NCBI GenBank assembly: GCA_905178155.1
Contig: CAJINV010000034.1
Span: 75,350-139,349, forward strand
From: Amoebophrya sp. A120
Lineage: Eukaryota > Protista > Dinoflagellata
Length of the DNA: 64,000 bases
Direction of reading: 5' to 3'
Positions 22,801-35,225 of this stretch are shown here, one piece after another. The translations under genes and the position numbers were made by a program. The notes below the pieces were generated by a model. It saw nothing but the letters and a program-made list of their open reading frames with translations. It was not told the origin of the DNA and did no database searches. Position 1 is the first letter of the stretch; the number at the start of each line of letters is the position of its first letter.

Positions 22801-25354
22801 AAAGATATAAGCATTACGTCAATTGTGCTTGTCGTTGCCGCGACTGCAACAAAGTGGTACGTTCTTAGAGTGTAAGTATCTAATCTAGCTGTAGTACACT
22901 GGAACCTCTTCCAGGTTACCGTGACGTGCATAGTTTTCTCCGCGGCCAGCACTACGCGCGCCAGAAAATCATGTCAAATGCATCTCCTAGTTACTGCTCT
23001 TCTGTGCAGTTAAGTACTTCCTGTGTGGCATTCTGCAAGAACATGTGCGATTGCGAAGTGCTCCTACTACAAAAACATTTCGCGCGGCGACGACATAGAT
23101 GGATGTACATTTGACTCTGCTATCAAATTTTCCTGTTATGCGCAATCTTCATCCTCCCAGACGAGCATGTAAAGAAGGATGCAATGGACTACTGGAAAGA
23201 TCAGATAGATTTGGCTGTGGTTCGCGGGCGCGCCGAGCCGGATATGAATGTGTCAACCGTGATGAGGATCTTTCCGCACGAAAAGAACAAGATGCCCGAG
23301 GAACGAGTAGTCGAAGGAACGGAAACCGAAACTGACGGCGGCATCGAGATAAGCTGGGACGCGCGAAGCGTGTCTTCTGGTAGCTTCGGAACCGTGACGG
23401 AGGTGTCCAATAATCCACCACGCCCTTTTTTTTTTCCGGATCAGCAAACGATGCCCGACCACCAAGTCGTCAAAGTAGTAGAATGTCCGAATAAAAATTC
23501 TCCGAATGCAGAACAGTGTCTGGATGAACACGTTCCCGAGGTCATCTTCAACGTAATCCTCAGCCGTACTGCGCAAGATTGTGTGGCAAGAATGTCCCGT
23601 CTTGTTGTAAGCTCTGATCTGAATAGCGACGGAGAGCTGAAGACGCGCCTTTTCTTTTTTCTTGAAAAGGTAGAAATGCTCGCCACCACAAGCCCGAATG
23701 CAGGAATGATTCCGCCTCCGGCGAGTGATCTCGGAAAGGAGAGGCTGACCCGGGCATTATTCGCGTGTTACGCCGACACTTTTGCAGACCTCGGGCTTGC
23801 GCACAACGACGTAAAGCCTAACAATATTGGCTACACGGGAGACGAAGCCTGGCAAGCGGAGGCTTGGGTGAGAGTGTTTGACTTCGACATGAGCAGTTTT
23901 ATCGCCGTAAAGGACGCCGGGCCCGGGGCCACCGTAGGGGGCGGAAGCGCCACCCTCATGACAGCGAGCGTCATGCTCGGACGTGATCCAAATTTGGACC
24001 CAGGTGTTGATTGGCGGTCCATCAACAGTAAGCAGGTTCAAACCATCTTCACAAGGCTCAACCCCAATCAGAATATAGAGCAGTCGTGCCCGGCCTGTTT
24101 GGAACCATTCGCGCAGTATTTCCACCTTCTCCCAGGTCCGCCTCCTAGTGATTCTGAGGCTAGCCCGAGCCCGCTCCAGCTTGATTTTCTTCAGCACCCT
24201 TCCTGTGTTGGCTCTCCGGGATTTAATCACCCGCTTCTGGAGTGGTATCCCTGGCGATGGTTCCAACACCATGCCGCGCCTTACAAAACCAACGACGTCA
24301 GCGGGGCTCCCCAATTCAACGAAGGAACAGAAGCGCGGGCCTGGGTGCCTTACCAGGGGCGACAGGACAAAGGCCCGACAATTCCATTCGCCACCTCGTT
24401 CGACCTCCATGGGGTTGCCGTTGTATTGTTTTGGCTGTTTGACAACCACCACGGCCACGAGCAAACGGAGGGGCGCGCTTTTGTATATTACGAGAATTTC
24501 TTCCGCTACGACTGGTTTTTCTGGCCGCCGCTCTGGGAGGAGGTTTTCTTCAAACAAGAACCGCAGGCAGACGATTGGCGCGGAGCAAAGGGGCACGCCA
24601 CGAGGGTGGTTGTTTTACCTGGGACGGAATCGCGCATATACCTTCCCTTTCCGAAAGCAAAGTACAAAACCGTACAAGAGGCGAAGGACCATTTCCAGGA
24701 AAGAAAAAAACTACCCCAGTACCTTCTCGAACTGATTGCGCATCCGATTGAACACGCCTACCAACCAAACGAGGTCGCAGAACGGGTCAGGAGTGTGTTG
24801 GGGTTTTTCAAAGAGAAGGAAGCCGGGGGCAACGAACAAGTCAGCACGGACGCAAAGGTCAAGGCATTGCTGCAGGATCCGGGTGGGTCCACGGCGTCTG
24901 TTTCTTCTACTGGTTCGCGCGATCAAGATGCCTCGACGTTGTCGCCCGCTTCGTCCTCTTTTTCACGACCTTCCGGCGCTGTCGTTAAAAATGGTAATAG
25001 AGTAGGTGGCAGTTTCAGTTTGAGTTTGGCGGCTGCAGCAGCTTATACATTGCAAACGTCTCGTACTCGTGCACGCACTTACGTATAAGCTGCAAAATAT
25101 ACAAATTTTATCGGCGAGAACAAAAGTGGGGTTCGTAATTCTGATTCAGTTCGGGAAAGATGATATTTGTAGACTGCAGTTTATGCGAGTACGAGAATAC
25201 TTTTGCAATGTATACCGCTACAGAGGTGCTCCAAGTAGGGGGACAGCCGGAGCACCAGACCGGTGCTGATCCACCGCAGACTGACAAACACGATGTTGAT
25301 GGCGGAACTGCGGATAGAAGCAGTGAGGACAGGAGCACGATTGGCAGTCGTTGA
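13861..25354 (+). CDS. Giant (>3000 aa) low-complexity membrane protein with C-terminal divergent protein kinase domain
   Basis: ORFs 14151, 15126, 16692, 17882, 18927 and 22003 join in frame after removing TIR introns; TM segment LCLALVLLGGFSVVGYVAA; the link to the kinase ORF via a small exon (~22915-22989) and acceptor AG at 23160 is inferred; 5' start uncertain. Confidence 0.6.
14508..14764. mobile_element. Introner family B
   Basis: DR AGGAG/AGGAG; near-identical to 34380-34631. Confidence 0.9.
14899..15180. mobile_element. Introner family B (decayed DR)
   Basis: DR GCTGC/CTCGC; frame restored. Confidence 0.8.
16497..16719. mobile_element. Introner, family A-like
   Basis: DR AGAAT/AGAAT; right end AGA instead of ATA. 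Confidence 0.75.
17841..18035. mobile_element. Introner family A
   Basis: DR CTGTT/TTGTT; right end ACA. Confidence 0.8.
18342..18748. mobile_element. Introner family B (long, diverged)
   Basis: TATCCGTTGCAAAT..TGTGTGGGTCTG ... CCCAGACAT..CGCATTGGATA; DR AGAGC/GGAAC; removal joins ORF 17882 to 18927. Confidence 0.75.
21726..22018. mobile_element. Introner family B
   Basis: DR ACAGC/ACGAA; frame restored. Confidence 0.8.
23184..25043 (+). CDS. Divergent Ser/Thr protein kinase domain exon
   Basis: Gly loop SSGSFGTV, VVK lysine, catalytic HNDVKPNN, DFD in place of DFG, GSPGF, DLHGVAV. Confidence 0.8.
25044..25214. mobile_element. Introner family A
   Basis: DR CAGCT/CCGCT. Confidence 0.85.
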
Positions 25355-26208
25355 AACCAGCGGCAGAAAGAGGAATCATCTGCCGCGGGGTTGCTTTGTA
25401 ACAACAGGATTTATGTACTTATGAATACGCAGATGTAAAAAATGAGTGCGAAAACATTTTTTTTATTTTTGGACCAAGTTATTATATATGTATCATAAGA
25501 ACCAGAACCACAACCAAACATTGTTTTTACATTCAAATCTGCGCACGTTTCAAATAGAAGACGAAGAGAACATTGAAGAGTTTTCTATATGCAACTGTTG
25601 AAATAGGAAGATCAAGATCAGGAAGGTTTCTGTTGAAGATGAAGTCTAAATCGAAGTAAAATCAAGATGAAAGTTTCTTTGGAGCTGCTGAATTCTATCA
25701 CGTCAGGTACTGGCTATTGTACGCAGTAGTTACGCAACCTTCTCCACAAATCTGATAAACATCGACCCGGAGTAGATCTTCTTGCTAGTTATATCTACCT
25801 GGTGCACCATCAAAAACATCTGCGTCTTCTTCTTCTTGCACAAATGGCTAAACGGTGGTGAGTGCTCTGTGTTCTGGCGGTGGCCGCTTTGTTTCGGAAT
25901 GTCCGTTCAGACATCATGCGTGTGTTTCTCCGGTCCAAGATAGAACCTTTGGAGGCTTTTATCGTTCCTTATTTTCGTTTTTCTTCATTGTTGCGGAATG
26001 TGCAGAAAAGATCAAGAAAACAAGGAAACGTGACTGGATTAGTACCAGAAAAGGAGCCCAAAAACCGTTGCCTGAATGCATTCGGATCACAACTTTATCA
26101 CTCCTTTTATGGAGAAGCAGAAGAAATACAAAATTTAGTGTTGTACTCTGTGGTCGTCCCTGCAAAACTGTACTAGCTGAGTAGGACTCGTCAGCTATTT
26201 CAGCCAAG

Positions 26209-29200
26209 ATGCCAGGTTCCCTTTCACGAATCCCAAAGCCTCCCCTCGCGCCGAACTTCGGTAGCAAATCTGGTAAAAACACCTCCACGCACCTGTCGGA
26301 TAACAGCAGTACGAGCACAAACCACATTTCTTCTCGTCGCGAAGGTGCAGGAGCGCTGGATGTTGACTCCGAAGGGCAAGAGATGGAGCGCGCGCCGCTG
26401 CACGAGCTGCAAGAACAGCCGCCGGCACAGCACGAGGATCGCTCGTTATTGAGTGGCGGCCAGGACGACTGCCAGTACGACGTCGATTTGGCCCCACGTC
26501 GCAATGATGTTGCTGACTTTAGCGATGGCACCATGTTGGCTCCTTTGCAGCCAGGAGGCCGAGTTATAGAACCGGATTTTTTGACGTCGTACGGAGGAGC
26601 CGAGGATGATCATTTGAAGGCGTCTACCACCGGCTTTGACGAACCGTCGTGCGCCCGCCACTATCTTCACGTGGACGTCGACGGTGCCCAAGATGAGCGA
26701 CCTGTTCCTCCGCAAGAAATCAACATGCCACACACGGTAAAGACCGACGAACACCTAGTCGTACCCCACGACCAGCTCCACCCCACATCAGCCCTGGACC
26801 TCGGCCTTAAGATATTCCCGCCCGTGTTTCTCTCGTCCTCTAGCAGTCGGAGCAGCACTGCGCCGTTGCAAAACAAACAGGAGCTGCCACAGGGAGGGCC
26901 TTTCGGAAGCACGATGCATCAGTCCACGCTTAATCCCCATGACCACCTGGAAGTTTTCGGGTCAGTTTTGAACGCAAATGACGAACTGCTCTTCAAGTTC
27001 GAGTGGTCATCGGCATCAGAGAATATTACCAACGGGTGCAATATGAAAAGCAAAAGCATCGCGCCAGTTCTAGTAGTAACCGCATTAGAATTTAGAAATT
27101 TGCTAAGCATGACAAAAGGAATTTCTCATGCTGATTTACCTTGTGAAAGAGATTTGTCATGGATAATTGCGACTACTACGGGCACGATACTTTTGCGCAG
27201 GATATGCAACAAACAACCCGTCGAGTTTCGGACGACAATTCAGCGAATATCCTCTGCAAAAGTATCGTATTCGTATTGGTGCAATCATGCATTACAAATA
27301 TTTTTGTTAAGTCAAATCCGCAGTACTTTCTCATGCTGAGGAAATTTGTAATGCATTTATACGACGAGTACGATACTTTTGCACTGCATAGCGAACTTTC
27401 ATGGACAACGACATCAGCCGTCCTACAAACAACCACGAACAACTAGAATCTCAACTCCATCAAGACCAAAACCACCTAAAAATCGTCCTGGAAAAGCGCA
27501 ATCCACTCGACGGCACCATCGACTTACACACGACGCTCTACCTGCCCATCGAAAAGATTCTGCACAACGTGAAAATTTCCGGGCAGAATTTCCTCACTCT
27601 GTGGCTGGGGCTGGTTGGAGATGAGGAAGCAGATGGAGGTCGTCGGGTTTTTTATCCAAAATCTTCAGAGGAAGAAGAAGAAGAAGTACGGCGAGAAGTT
27701 GTTCTTGCTGGCCACTATCAGTATCACTCAGAAGTCGACGTGAACCAAAAGTTCCTTGAGTCCATCCAAGCCGCTCTACGGTTGACCGCACCGAAACTGT
27801 GTGTGAGTATCAAGCTTTTCGACTTTAATTTTTTCCCGTTTTTGACAACCGTGGACGAGCACGAGGTCGTGCAAGAACAGGAGCAAGAAGGACCAGCAGA
27901 AGGCATGACGGGGGACGGGAACGGGATTGGCGACGGACAAGGGGGGATAAACGTTAGTTCTGGAGGAGGTGCTGTTACAGTTCCTCTTCCTTTATGGATT
28001 GCAAAAATGTCTGGGTCTGGAAGATTGGAACTTGTGATGCTGTCTCTGCATTCTGAAAAAATCTGTATTGCATGACCAGCAAAAGGGGTTCATTTTGTGC
28101 TACATGGAGAGGGTATTTCTCATGCGGGATAGGCATCAGAAAGCCCGCTCAAGATCTGTGATGCCAGGTAGCGCATTACAGACCTCATGTGTCATGTAAA
28201 ATCTGCATGACAAATTCGGCACTCTTCCAGACCGAGACATTTTTACAATCCATATCCTTGTCAGAATTACACAGCGGACCGGATTTTCCAGATTGTCGAG
28301 CGGTACGACATGGCGTTGTATTCGCTGTACGCAAATTGCGAGTACGTTTTGATTATCCTGTGCAAAAGTATCGTATTCGTATTGCAATTATGCATGACAA
28401 ATCTTGTCCTGAAGGTCAAACAGCATGACAAATTCCATTTGTCATTCTGAGGAAATTTGTAACGTAATTACTACTAGTACGATGCGCTTTTGCCATTCAT
28501 ATTGAATGAACAGTCCAAGAATTTCGAGCAGATTCAGCTTTTCCAGCAGGAGAAGAACAGCAAGTGCTTCATCAGTCGGGACAAGCATGACAAACTCGTG
28601 AAAAAATTGGAAAAGAGACTCCAGGACGAGAAGATTACGATTAAGCAACTGGAAGAAAAAATCGAATCTTTCCGGCGCTTATCCACAGCGAAAAAAGTAT
28701 TAAGTATCTTCGTACTAGTAGGTGTAGCAGAAATGGTGCATGACAGATCTGCGCTTCGCAAACTAGACCAGCATGACAGACTCTTTTTTTTGTTTTTCAT
28801 TCTGAGCAGGAAACTTGTGATGCAGTTTCTACTACCAGTAAAGTGCGATCATGCTTTTGCACTGCATACCGTTGCATTTACAAATTTCCTCAGCATGAGA
28901 AATGAAATTTGTAATGCGGATCTCCCTTGACAAAGAAATTTGTAATGCAAGACTCGCATATGTACGAGTACGATGCTTTTACACTGCATACCGTTGCCAA
29001 TCGTTTTCCGGACGGATGGTGTCGACGGCTGGTAGTAGTTTGAGCCAGCAGCATATGCATGGAGGAAAGTGTTTCAGGTACACATAATTGTCGTGTTGCA
29101 TGGCACGCAAGACAGACAACCTCTGTCATGCCGGAAATACTTGCAACCCTCGTTTCATGCGTCATTTCCCATCCCCCCCGTGCAAGCTCTGCATTGCAAC

Positions 29201-32200
29201 TTTTCATTTTCTCTGCAGCCATTGCCATGCAGAGTGAGTTTGTCTTGCTGAAGTTCCACTAATATAAGTGGGCAATTGTGACACTTTTTTCTTTGCATAC
29301 AGCAACGGCGGAAAAGCTCAGTCTGCTCTACTGCGGCGAATAACGGAGGTTCATCTGCAACGGGAGCTCGCCATCTTTATCCTGTGTAGAATCTTCTGAA
29401 TTATGTCAACCAAAATTTATTATAATACCCCGCAGTTTGTTGATATCGTGATACGTTCTCACTTTGAACAACCAAAAGGTGGTAAGCATTTCTCTTCTAT
29501 TTTCTGCATTACAAACTGACGCCAAGTTGTAATGTGAGGTTGACGTGGAAAAGACCGAAGATTCTACACAGCATATTCTCCGGCGAGAGTCCAGTGTGTC
29601 CAGCTGCACCAGTGTCAGTCGCGGCGGAATTGCAGCTGGACAGCAGCACCAAACGCAAACCACCACCGGGCAAGATCTACCGATGAATTCGCTTGCACCT
29701 AAGGAAAAGCAAGTAGACCCTCTACAACTAGTACACTCAGATTCGCCAGGAATCTCTGTTGCTGTCATGCACGCGGAGGGTTCCGATCCGGGCGGATACG
29801 AGCCAGAACAGGTTCTACAACTTCCAGCCGACCCAAATTTTCACGGCGTCTTCGCTAGTACAACTGCTACGGGAGCTATGCAAGAAAAAAACTGTGTAAG
29901 TGTAGATCTGTGATGCAGAAAATGCAAAACAGTTACACTTGTCATGCTCGACATGCATGATCGGCTCGCTTCCTATGTGTTTTCCGTTCGTATCTGCGCA
30001 TAACAAGTTTGACCTGTCATGGCAGACAAACTTGTGATGCTGTTTTCCCAAAAGACTTACACTAACACAGTTTTTTTCTTGGATAGGAGCACCTGCTGCT
30101 GCTACTTTCAACCAAGTAGGTGGCCGCGATGGTGAAGCTGCGGAACAAGCAGATAGAGAACTGCTACTAGCCGAGCTGGAACATCTGCGAAAAGAGGTCA
30201 AGGAGACGAAGCACCGAAAGTACAATGCGGAGCAACAGCTTCGGGAACAGAAGATCCAAAAGTATGTATTGCAAAAATACCGTATGCGTATAAATGCACG
30301 TCTTGCATTAGAAATCTTTTTCTTGAGGCAAATCCGCATTACAAATTTCATTTCTCATGCTGAGGAAATTTGTGATGCATTTATACGAGTGCGATGCGGT
30401 TGGATTTCATAAAAACGAGCAGCTGACCATCGAGCTGACAACGGCAAACGAATCCTTGAAAGCGAAGATTGAGTCCCACTCGGTGATCACGAAGAGATTA
30501 CGGGAGGAAAACTTCAAGTTGAAAACGAAGCTGGAAAATGTATCAAATGCAAATATGCCTGGGTCTGGATGTCATGCTGTTTTTGCATGACACAGAAGGG
30601 TTGTCACGGAAGCCCTAGCATCACAGATTTCGAGAAGTAGCTTCAGCATTGCCTATCTCGCATGACAAATCCCCCACTGTGGCGACAGGCTATGGTCATC
30701 TTCTACTGCCTATGCATGAGAGATTTCCGTGTGTTGTGAAATGCGCATCACAAGTTCGCAGCTTTCCAGATCCAGACGCAGACACTTTTGCAAGGCATAA
30801 AATGGTGGCAAGGGTAATCCTAATTTGCTGGCACTGGTTGAGGGAGTGGGAGGAGGAACAGGTTCAGGTCAAGGTCAAGCTCATCAACATCTTGGTCCTC
30901 CGAATAATTCCACCAACGATCATTTTCTATTCCAGCGAGTTATGAACAAATCTTTTTCGTCCGCTTCCCTCCCTTCCCCGGGGACGGGGAAACAAGGGAC
31001 CACAGGCGCTGGAATTTTTACGTCTTTTGCGGGAGGGACCAATGGGAATGGTAGTAAAATTCCGAAACCGGCGGGTTCGTCTGCTACGGGCCCCATGAAC
31101 TATCCTGTGCAAAAGTATCGTACTCGTAGTAATCGCAGTTATGCATTACAAATTTCCTCCTCAAGTTAAATCCGCATTTCAAATTCTATTTATCATGCTG
31201 GGGAAATTTGTCATGCGATTTGTACTAGCGCGATGCTTTTGCATTTCATAGGAACAACGGGAGAACGTTTTCGGAGCAGATCCAGCATTTACAGCAACAG
31301 CAGCAAGAACTAGACGCCCTTCGCTGGAACCACGAGCACGATTATGATGGGACTCTACTTGACAACCAGGGTGGCGTTGTTGTGGAGCGTCACTCATCTA
31401 CTACTTCCAACGGTCATCAGAACAACACAACGGCTGCAAGTGCAGCATACTCTAAGACCAGCAGAGGCCACGGTCTTGTGACCAAGCGAATTTCTCCCAG
31501 GCACGTTTACCACGCAAAAAATGATGACGAAAAAACGTCTGGTGCTGTGGCAAAAACGCACAGAAACCACCAGCAGAACGACGCCGCCAGGAGCTCGACC
31601 CACTTGCAGCAACACGACAAACCCGGCTCTCTTCATCAAAACGATGAGACCGAAAGCGAAATGCAGAGGAACAGCATTACCCCCTGTCCGCGCCCGAGAC
31701 TGACGCCACCGGAGCCCTCGTACTTGGAGGAGGAAATGCAAGTCGAGGGAGACGCAAACGCGCATGAGCAAAACGAACGCAACTATGGAGAAGAAAACAT
31801 AAACAACTTGATGACGCTTCGGTCCCCCGAGCAGGAGGGGGATGAATTTTCCGAGCACCAAATCGTCTCTCCACCGGCCGCACCACGTGGGGCTGCTACT
31901 GGTGTTGACAAACGGGGAGTGGTAGCCGCGGACATCTACGGTTACGGAGGGCAGCAGATGAAACATCAGAGTATGCCTGCTGTCCGGGCCCCGGAAGTGC
32001 AAAAGCGGGAGGTTCTTGCGGAAGCACAAAGCTACAAGCATGGGAGCAGCTGCCAGAGCAAAGGGCCTCCTATCATAAATCGAAGCGAAGCCGCTACCTA
32101 TGACCAAGGCACCAGCAGGACCGAAAATTATGGTAATTTCAAGACGGTTCAGCACAACGGTATCAGCTTCCACGTGAACGTGAACAAATCGCCGTCGTAC

Positions 32201-34645
32201 AGCGGAAGTGCAGCCGCTGGTGGTACGACAATGGGGGAGAAACAGAAAAAGAAAGACAGCGTCACTGTGAACCACACTTACCTCTACGAAAAGCAGAAGC
32301 AGCACCTGCAGAACCAGTCGGGAAGCTGCAATCATGCAAACTATCCCGTACCTGCAGGTGGAGCCACCGCGACAACAACTCGTTCTTTGCTGTCCCCGAC
32401 TACGACACAGGCACAACACCTGAAAAACCTCGGGGCCATGATGCAACTAGGGACCGCCCGGAACAACAACATCTCCGGAAGTCCAGGGGCGGTGGTACTT
32501 GCAACGCATTCCCCTGATGCCGGAGACACCGTCGCTTCTGCATCTGGTTTTAATACTAGTGTTGGCTACTACAATTCGCATCACAAACAAGCCCAGCTGT
32601 CCCCAACCATTGCTCTCCAGAAGCAGCTATGCACTGCAAAAGCATCGTACTAGTATGAATTGCATTACAAATTAGGTCAGCATGAGAGATGGAATTTGTC
32701 ATGCTGTTTAACCTTGGGATGGAGATTTGTAATGCATGACTACGATTACTATGAGTCCGATGCTTTTGCGCAGGATAGCAGCAACTGGTCTACTCACCGA
32801 GCCGGCAGAAGTATCACGACAAAAAAGTGGTGCAGTTACACACTGTGTTACAGGCCTAGTTTGACAGACAACCTATGTCATGCCGGAAATACTTTTGAGC
32901 CTCGTTTTATACGTGTTTTTCCTTATGATCTTTGCATTGCAAGTTTTCTCTCTCATGCGGAGAAAATTTGTGTTGCTGAATTGACAGCAAGTGTGTAACT
33001 GTAACACTTTTTGCGTGTGATAAAAAGCTCTTACAGCACAACCAGGAGGTGCGGATGGCATTTGCGAGAAACAACCTCATATCAAATGTAAAAATGCTTG
33101 GGTCTGGAAGAATGCAACTTGTCATTCTAAATCTGGAATCCAAAAAAATCTGTATTGCATGAGCAGCAAAGGGAGTGTAATCGTTCCTACGCGGCGAGGG
33201 CATTTGTCATGCGGAATAGGCATCAAGAAGCCTTCAAAAAATCTGTGATGCTAGGGCATGCATCACAGACATCAGGGCTCAGGCACGACGTGCATGACAA
33301 ATCCCAGAATCATCCAGACCCAGACATTTTTGCATTTGATACCTCAGTCCGCGGGTCGAGCGGGAGGGAAATTCAAATCACGCACGACAGCAGCAACAGA
33401 AGCAGGCAGTAGAAAATTATGACACGACCGGAAAAAATCGTAAGGAGGATGAACAGGGGACTGCTGCAGAACAAGGTAGAGAGGAGCGAGGCCCTGCAGA
33501 AACAACATCGCAAGTTCACTTCGTAGAGCGACAGTCTTCTGGCTCCGCAACCACGAGAGTTCTTTCTCCTAGCACTACAAACTCGAATCAGCTGCAGAAG
33601 TCCCACTTCGCTGTCAGTACCGGTTCACCATACGTGCTGCAGCCGCATCAGCAACAGCAATTGCACTTACAGCACCACAACCTACTGCAAAATCCGTCCC
33701 CGACAATGATGGTGACGGCGACGCCGTTATCCTCTGCAAAAGTATCGTACTCGTATTGCAATCATGCATTACAAATCTTTTTGTTGAGGTAGATCTGCAT
33801 ATACAAATTTCAATTCTCATGCTGAGGAAATTTGTGATGCATTTATACGAGTACGATAGTTTTGCACTGCATAGCCGTCGTTGATCATGCCACAGGTCAA
33901 TACAGCCGCCGGCTTCAGTCCGCACTTGCTTCACCAACAAGTGGCAACAGGACCACCTGGAGGTAAGCAGCAAGCGTCTGCGAGCGGTTATGCATTGCAA
34001 ATATGCCTGGGTCTGGAACAAGGATCCAAACTTGTCATGCTGTCTTTGGATTCTAAAAAAATCTGTATTGCATGACCAGCAAGAGGCGCCCAGATTGTGC
34101 TACGCGGAGAGGGCATTTGTCATGCAGATTAGGCATCACGAAGCCTTCAAAAAATCTGTGCTGCTAAGTCATGCACTACAGGCATAATGGGTCATGCAGA
34201 ATATGCATGAAAAACCTGGCAATCTTCGAGACCCAGACACCTTTGCATTTGATAGCGGAACCAGCAACACAAACTCAAATGCCACTGGTTCTTCAGCTGC
34301 GCCGGGTTTGAAGACGACCATGTCGCCGTTTTTGTTCTTTCAGCAGGCCATTGGGAGGAGTTGAGAAGGAAAGCACTTTTATCAAATGCAAAAATGTCTG
34401 GGTCTGGAAGAATGCAAGTTTGTCATGCTTGTCTGGCATGACTCGAGAATCTGCGTTGCATAGGCACGAAAGAGCCCTCTTAACTGTCATGCGAAAAGGC
34501 AGTTTGCCATGCGGAATACGTAAGACACGGCAGTCACAAAAGTTGTCATGCATGGCTGCGTATTGCGGCGCGTCTGTCATTCGCTTTTAGCATATACAAG
34601 TTTTCAGACCCAGACACTTTTGGATTTCATACACTTTCGAAATAA
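26209..34645 (+). CDS. Large hypothetical protein with coiled-coil and Gln/Ser/His-rich regions, 17 TIR introns
   Basis: Continuous frame traced from ATG 26209 through all introns; coiled coils (…LVKKLEKRLQDEK…, ELEHLRKEVKETKHRK…); ends AGHWEELRRKALSK* if GT-AG 34306-34343 is spliced, otherwise stop at 34364. Confidence 0.75.
27042..27204. mobile_element. Introner family A
   Basis: DR TGCAA/TGCAA. Confidence 0.85.
27248..27390. mobile_element. Introner family A
   Basis: DR GCGAA/GCGAA. Confidence 0.9.
27993..28254. mobile_element. Introner family B
   Basis: DR TCCTT/TCCTT. Confidence 0.9.
28354..28501. mobile_element. Introner family A
   Basis: DR TTGAT/TTGAA. Confidence 0.85.
28680..28990. 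mobile_element. Compound family A introner with two right ends
   Basis: One left TIR; right end + DR (ACTGCATA-CCGTTGC) occurs at 28868 and again at 28990; left DR GCGCT. Confidence 0.75.
29054..29299. mobile_element. Introner family D
   Basis: TATGCA..GAGGAAAGTGT ... ACACTTTTTTCTTTGCATA; DR CAGCA/CAGCA. Confidence 0.85.
29378..29575. mobile_element. Introner family E
   Basis: TIR TATCCTGTGTAGAATCTTC / GAAGATTCTACACAGCATA; DR ATCTT/TTCTC. Confidence 0.85.
29877..30085. mobile_element. Introner family F
   Basis: TIR TATGCAAGAAAAAAACTGTGT; DR GGAGC/GGAGC. Confidence 0.9.
30263..30411. mobile_element. Introner family A
   Basis: DR AAAAG/AAAAC. Confidence 0.8.
30541..30799. mobile_element. 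Introner family B
   Basis: DR AAATG/AAATG. Confidence 0.85.
31101..31250. mobile_element. Introner family A
   Basis: DR TGAAC/GGAAC. Confidence 0.85.
32628..32777. mobile_element. Introner family A
   Basis: DR GCAGC/GCAGC. Confidence 0.9.
32812..33022. mobile_element. Introner family D
   Basis: TATCAC…AAAAAGTG.TGCAGTTACAC / GTGTAACTGTAACACTTTTT…GTGATA; DR AGAAG/AAAAG. Confidence 0.85.
33080..33341. mobile_element. Introner family B
   Basis: DR CCTCA/CCTCA. Confidence 0.9.
33728..33873. mobile_element. Introner family A
   Basis: DR GCCGT/GCCGT. Confidence 0.9.
33989..34254. mobile_element. Introner family B
   Basis: DR GCGGT/GCGGA. Confidence 0.9.
34380..34631. mobile_element. Introner family B
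   Basis: 6-bp DR CACTTT/CACTTT; near-identical to 14508-14764. Confidence 0.85.
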
Positions 34646-35225
34646 ATGATGAAAATGCAGATCGGAGACTGCTTCTGGTGCGGTACGGATTTTGATGAAA
34701 AAAGAAAAAGGCTATACCTATAGCGCTTGCACGACGCTGCAATTGATTTCGCGACGAGGACTATACTGAAGCTGAACTGTCGATTGTGCGGCGGGCTGGT
34801 TCTTGGAAGTTTGAGTTTTACAAAACTTACCATTTTTGAATTCGAACGATTACTATGGACGTTCGCCACGACTCAGGAAGCTCAGAGCTCTGCCTGCTGT
34901 TCTGTTGCTTCGCCATCACGAATGCACATGACAGCTGACGAGTTTGAAAAGGGTGTACAGGGGTTCAGGAAAACATCGTTTCTGGGCAGTCTACATACAA
35001 GCAAGAGAGAACAAACCAAAACATCGACCGTGCTGTCTGATACAAACATGACGACAGAGCGTCCCTGTGATTCCCATCCGACATCAGTATGCTGGGAACT
35101 CGTATAATTGTGTGTGCTGATGAACGTAAGGAAGCAGTGGCTGCAGACACTTTATCTTTGTTTAACTTTACAAACTGACCATCCCACCAAGAACACTGGC
35201 TGGAGGTGACAAGAACGACACCAAG

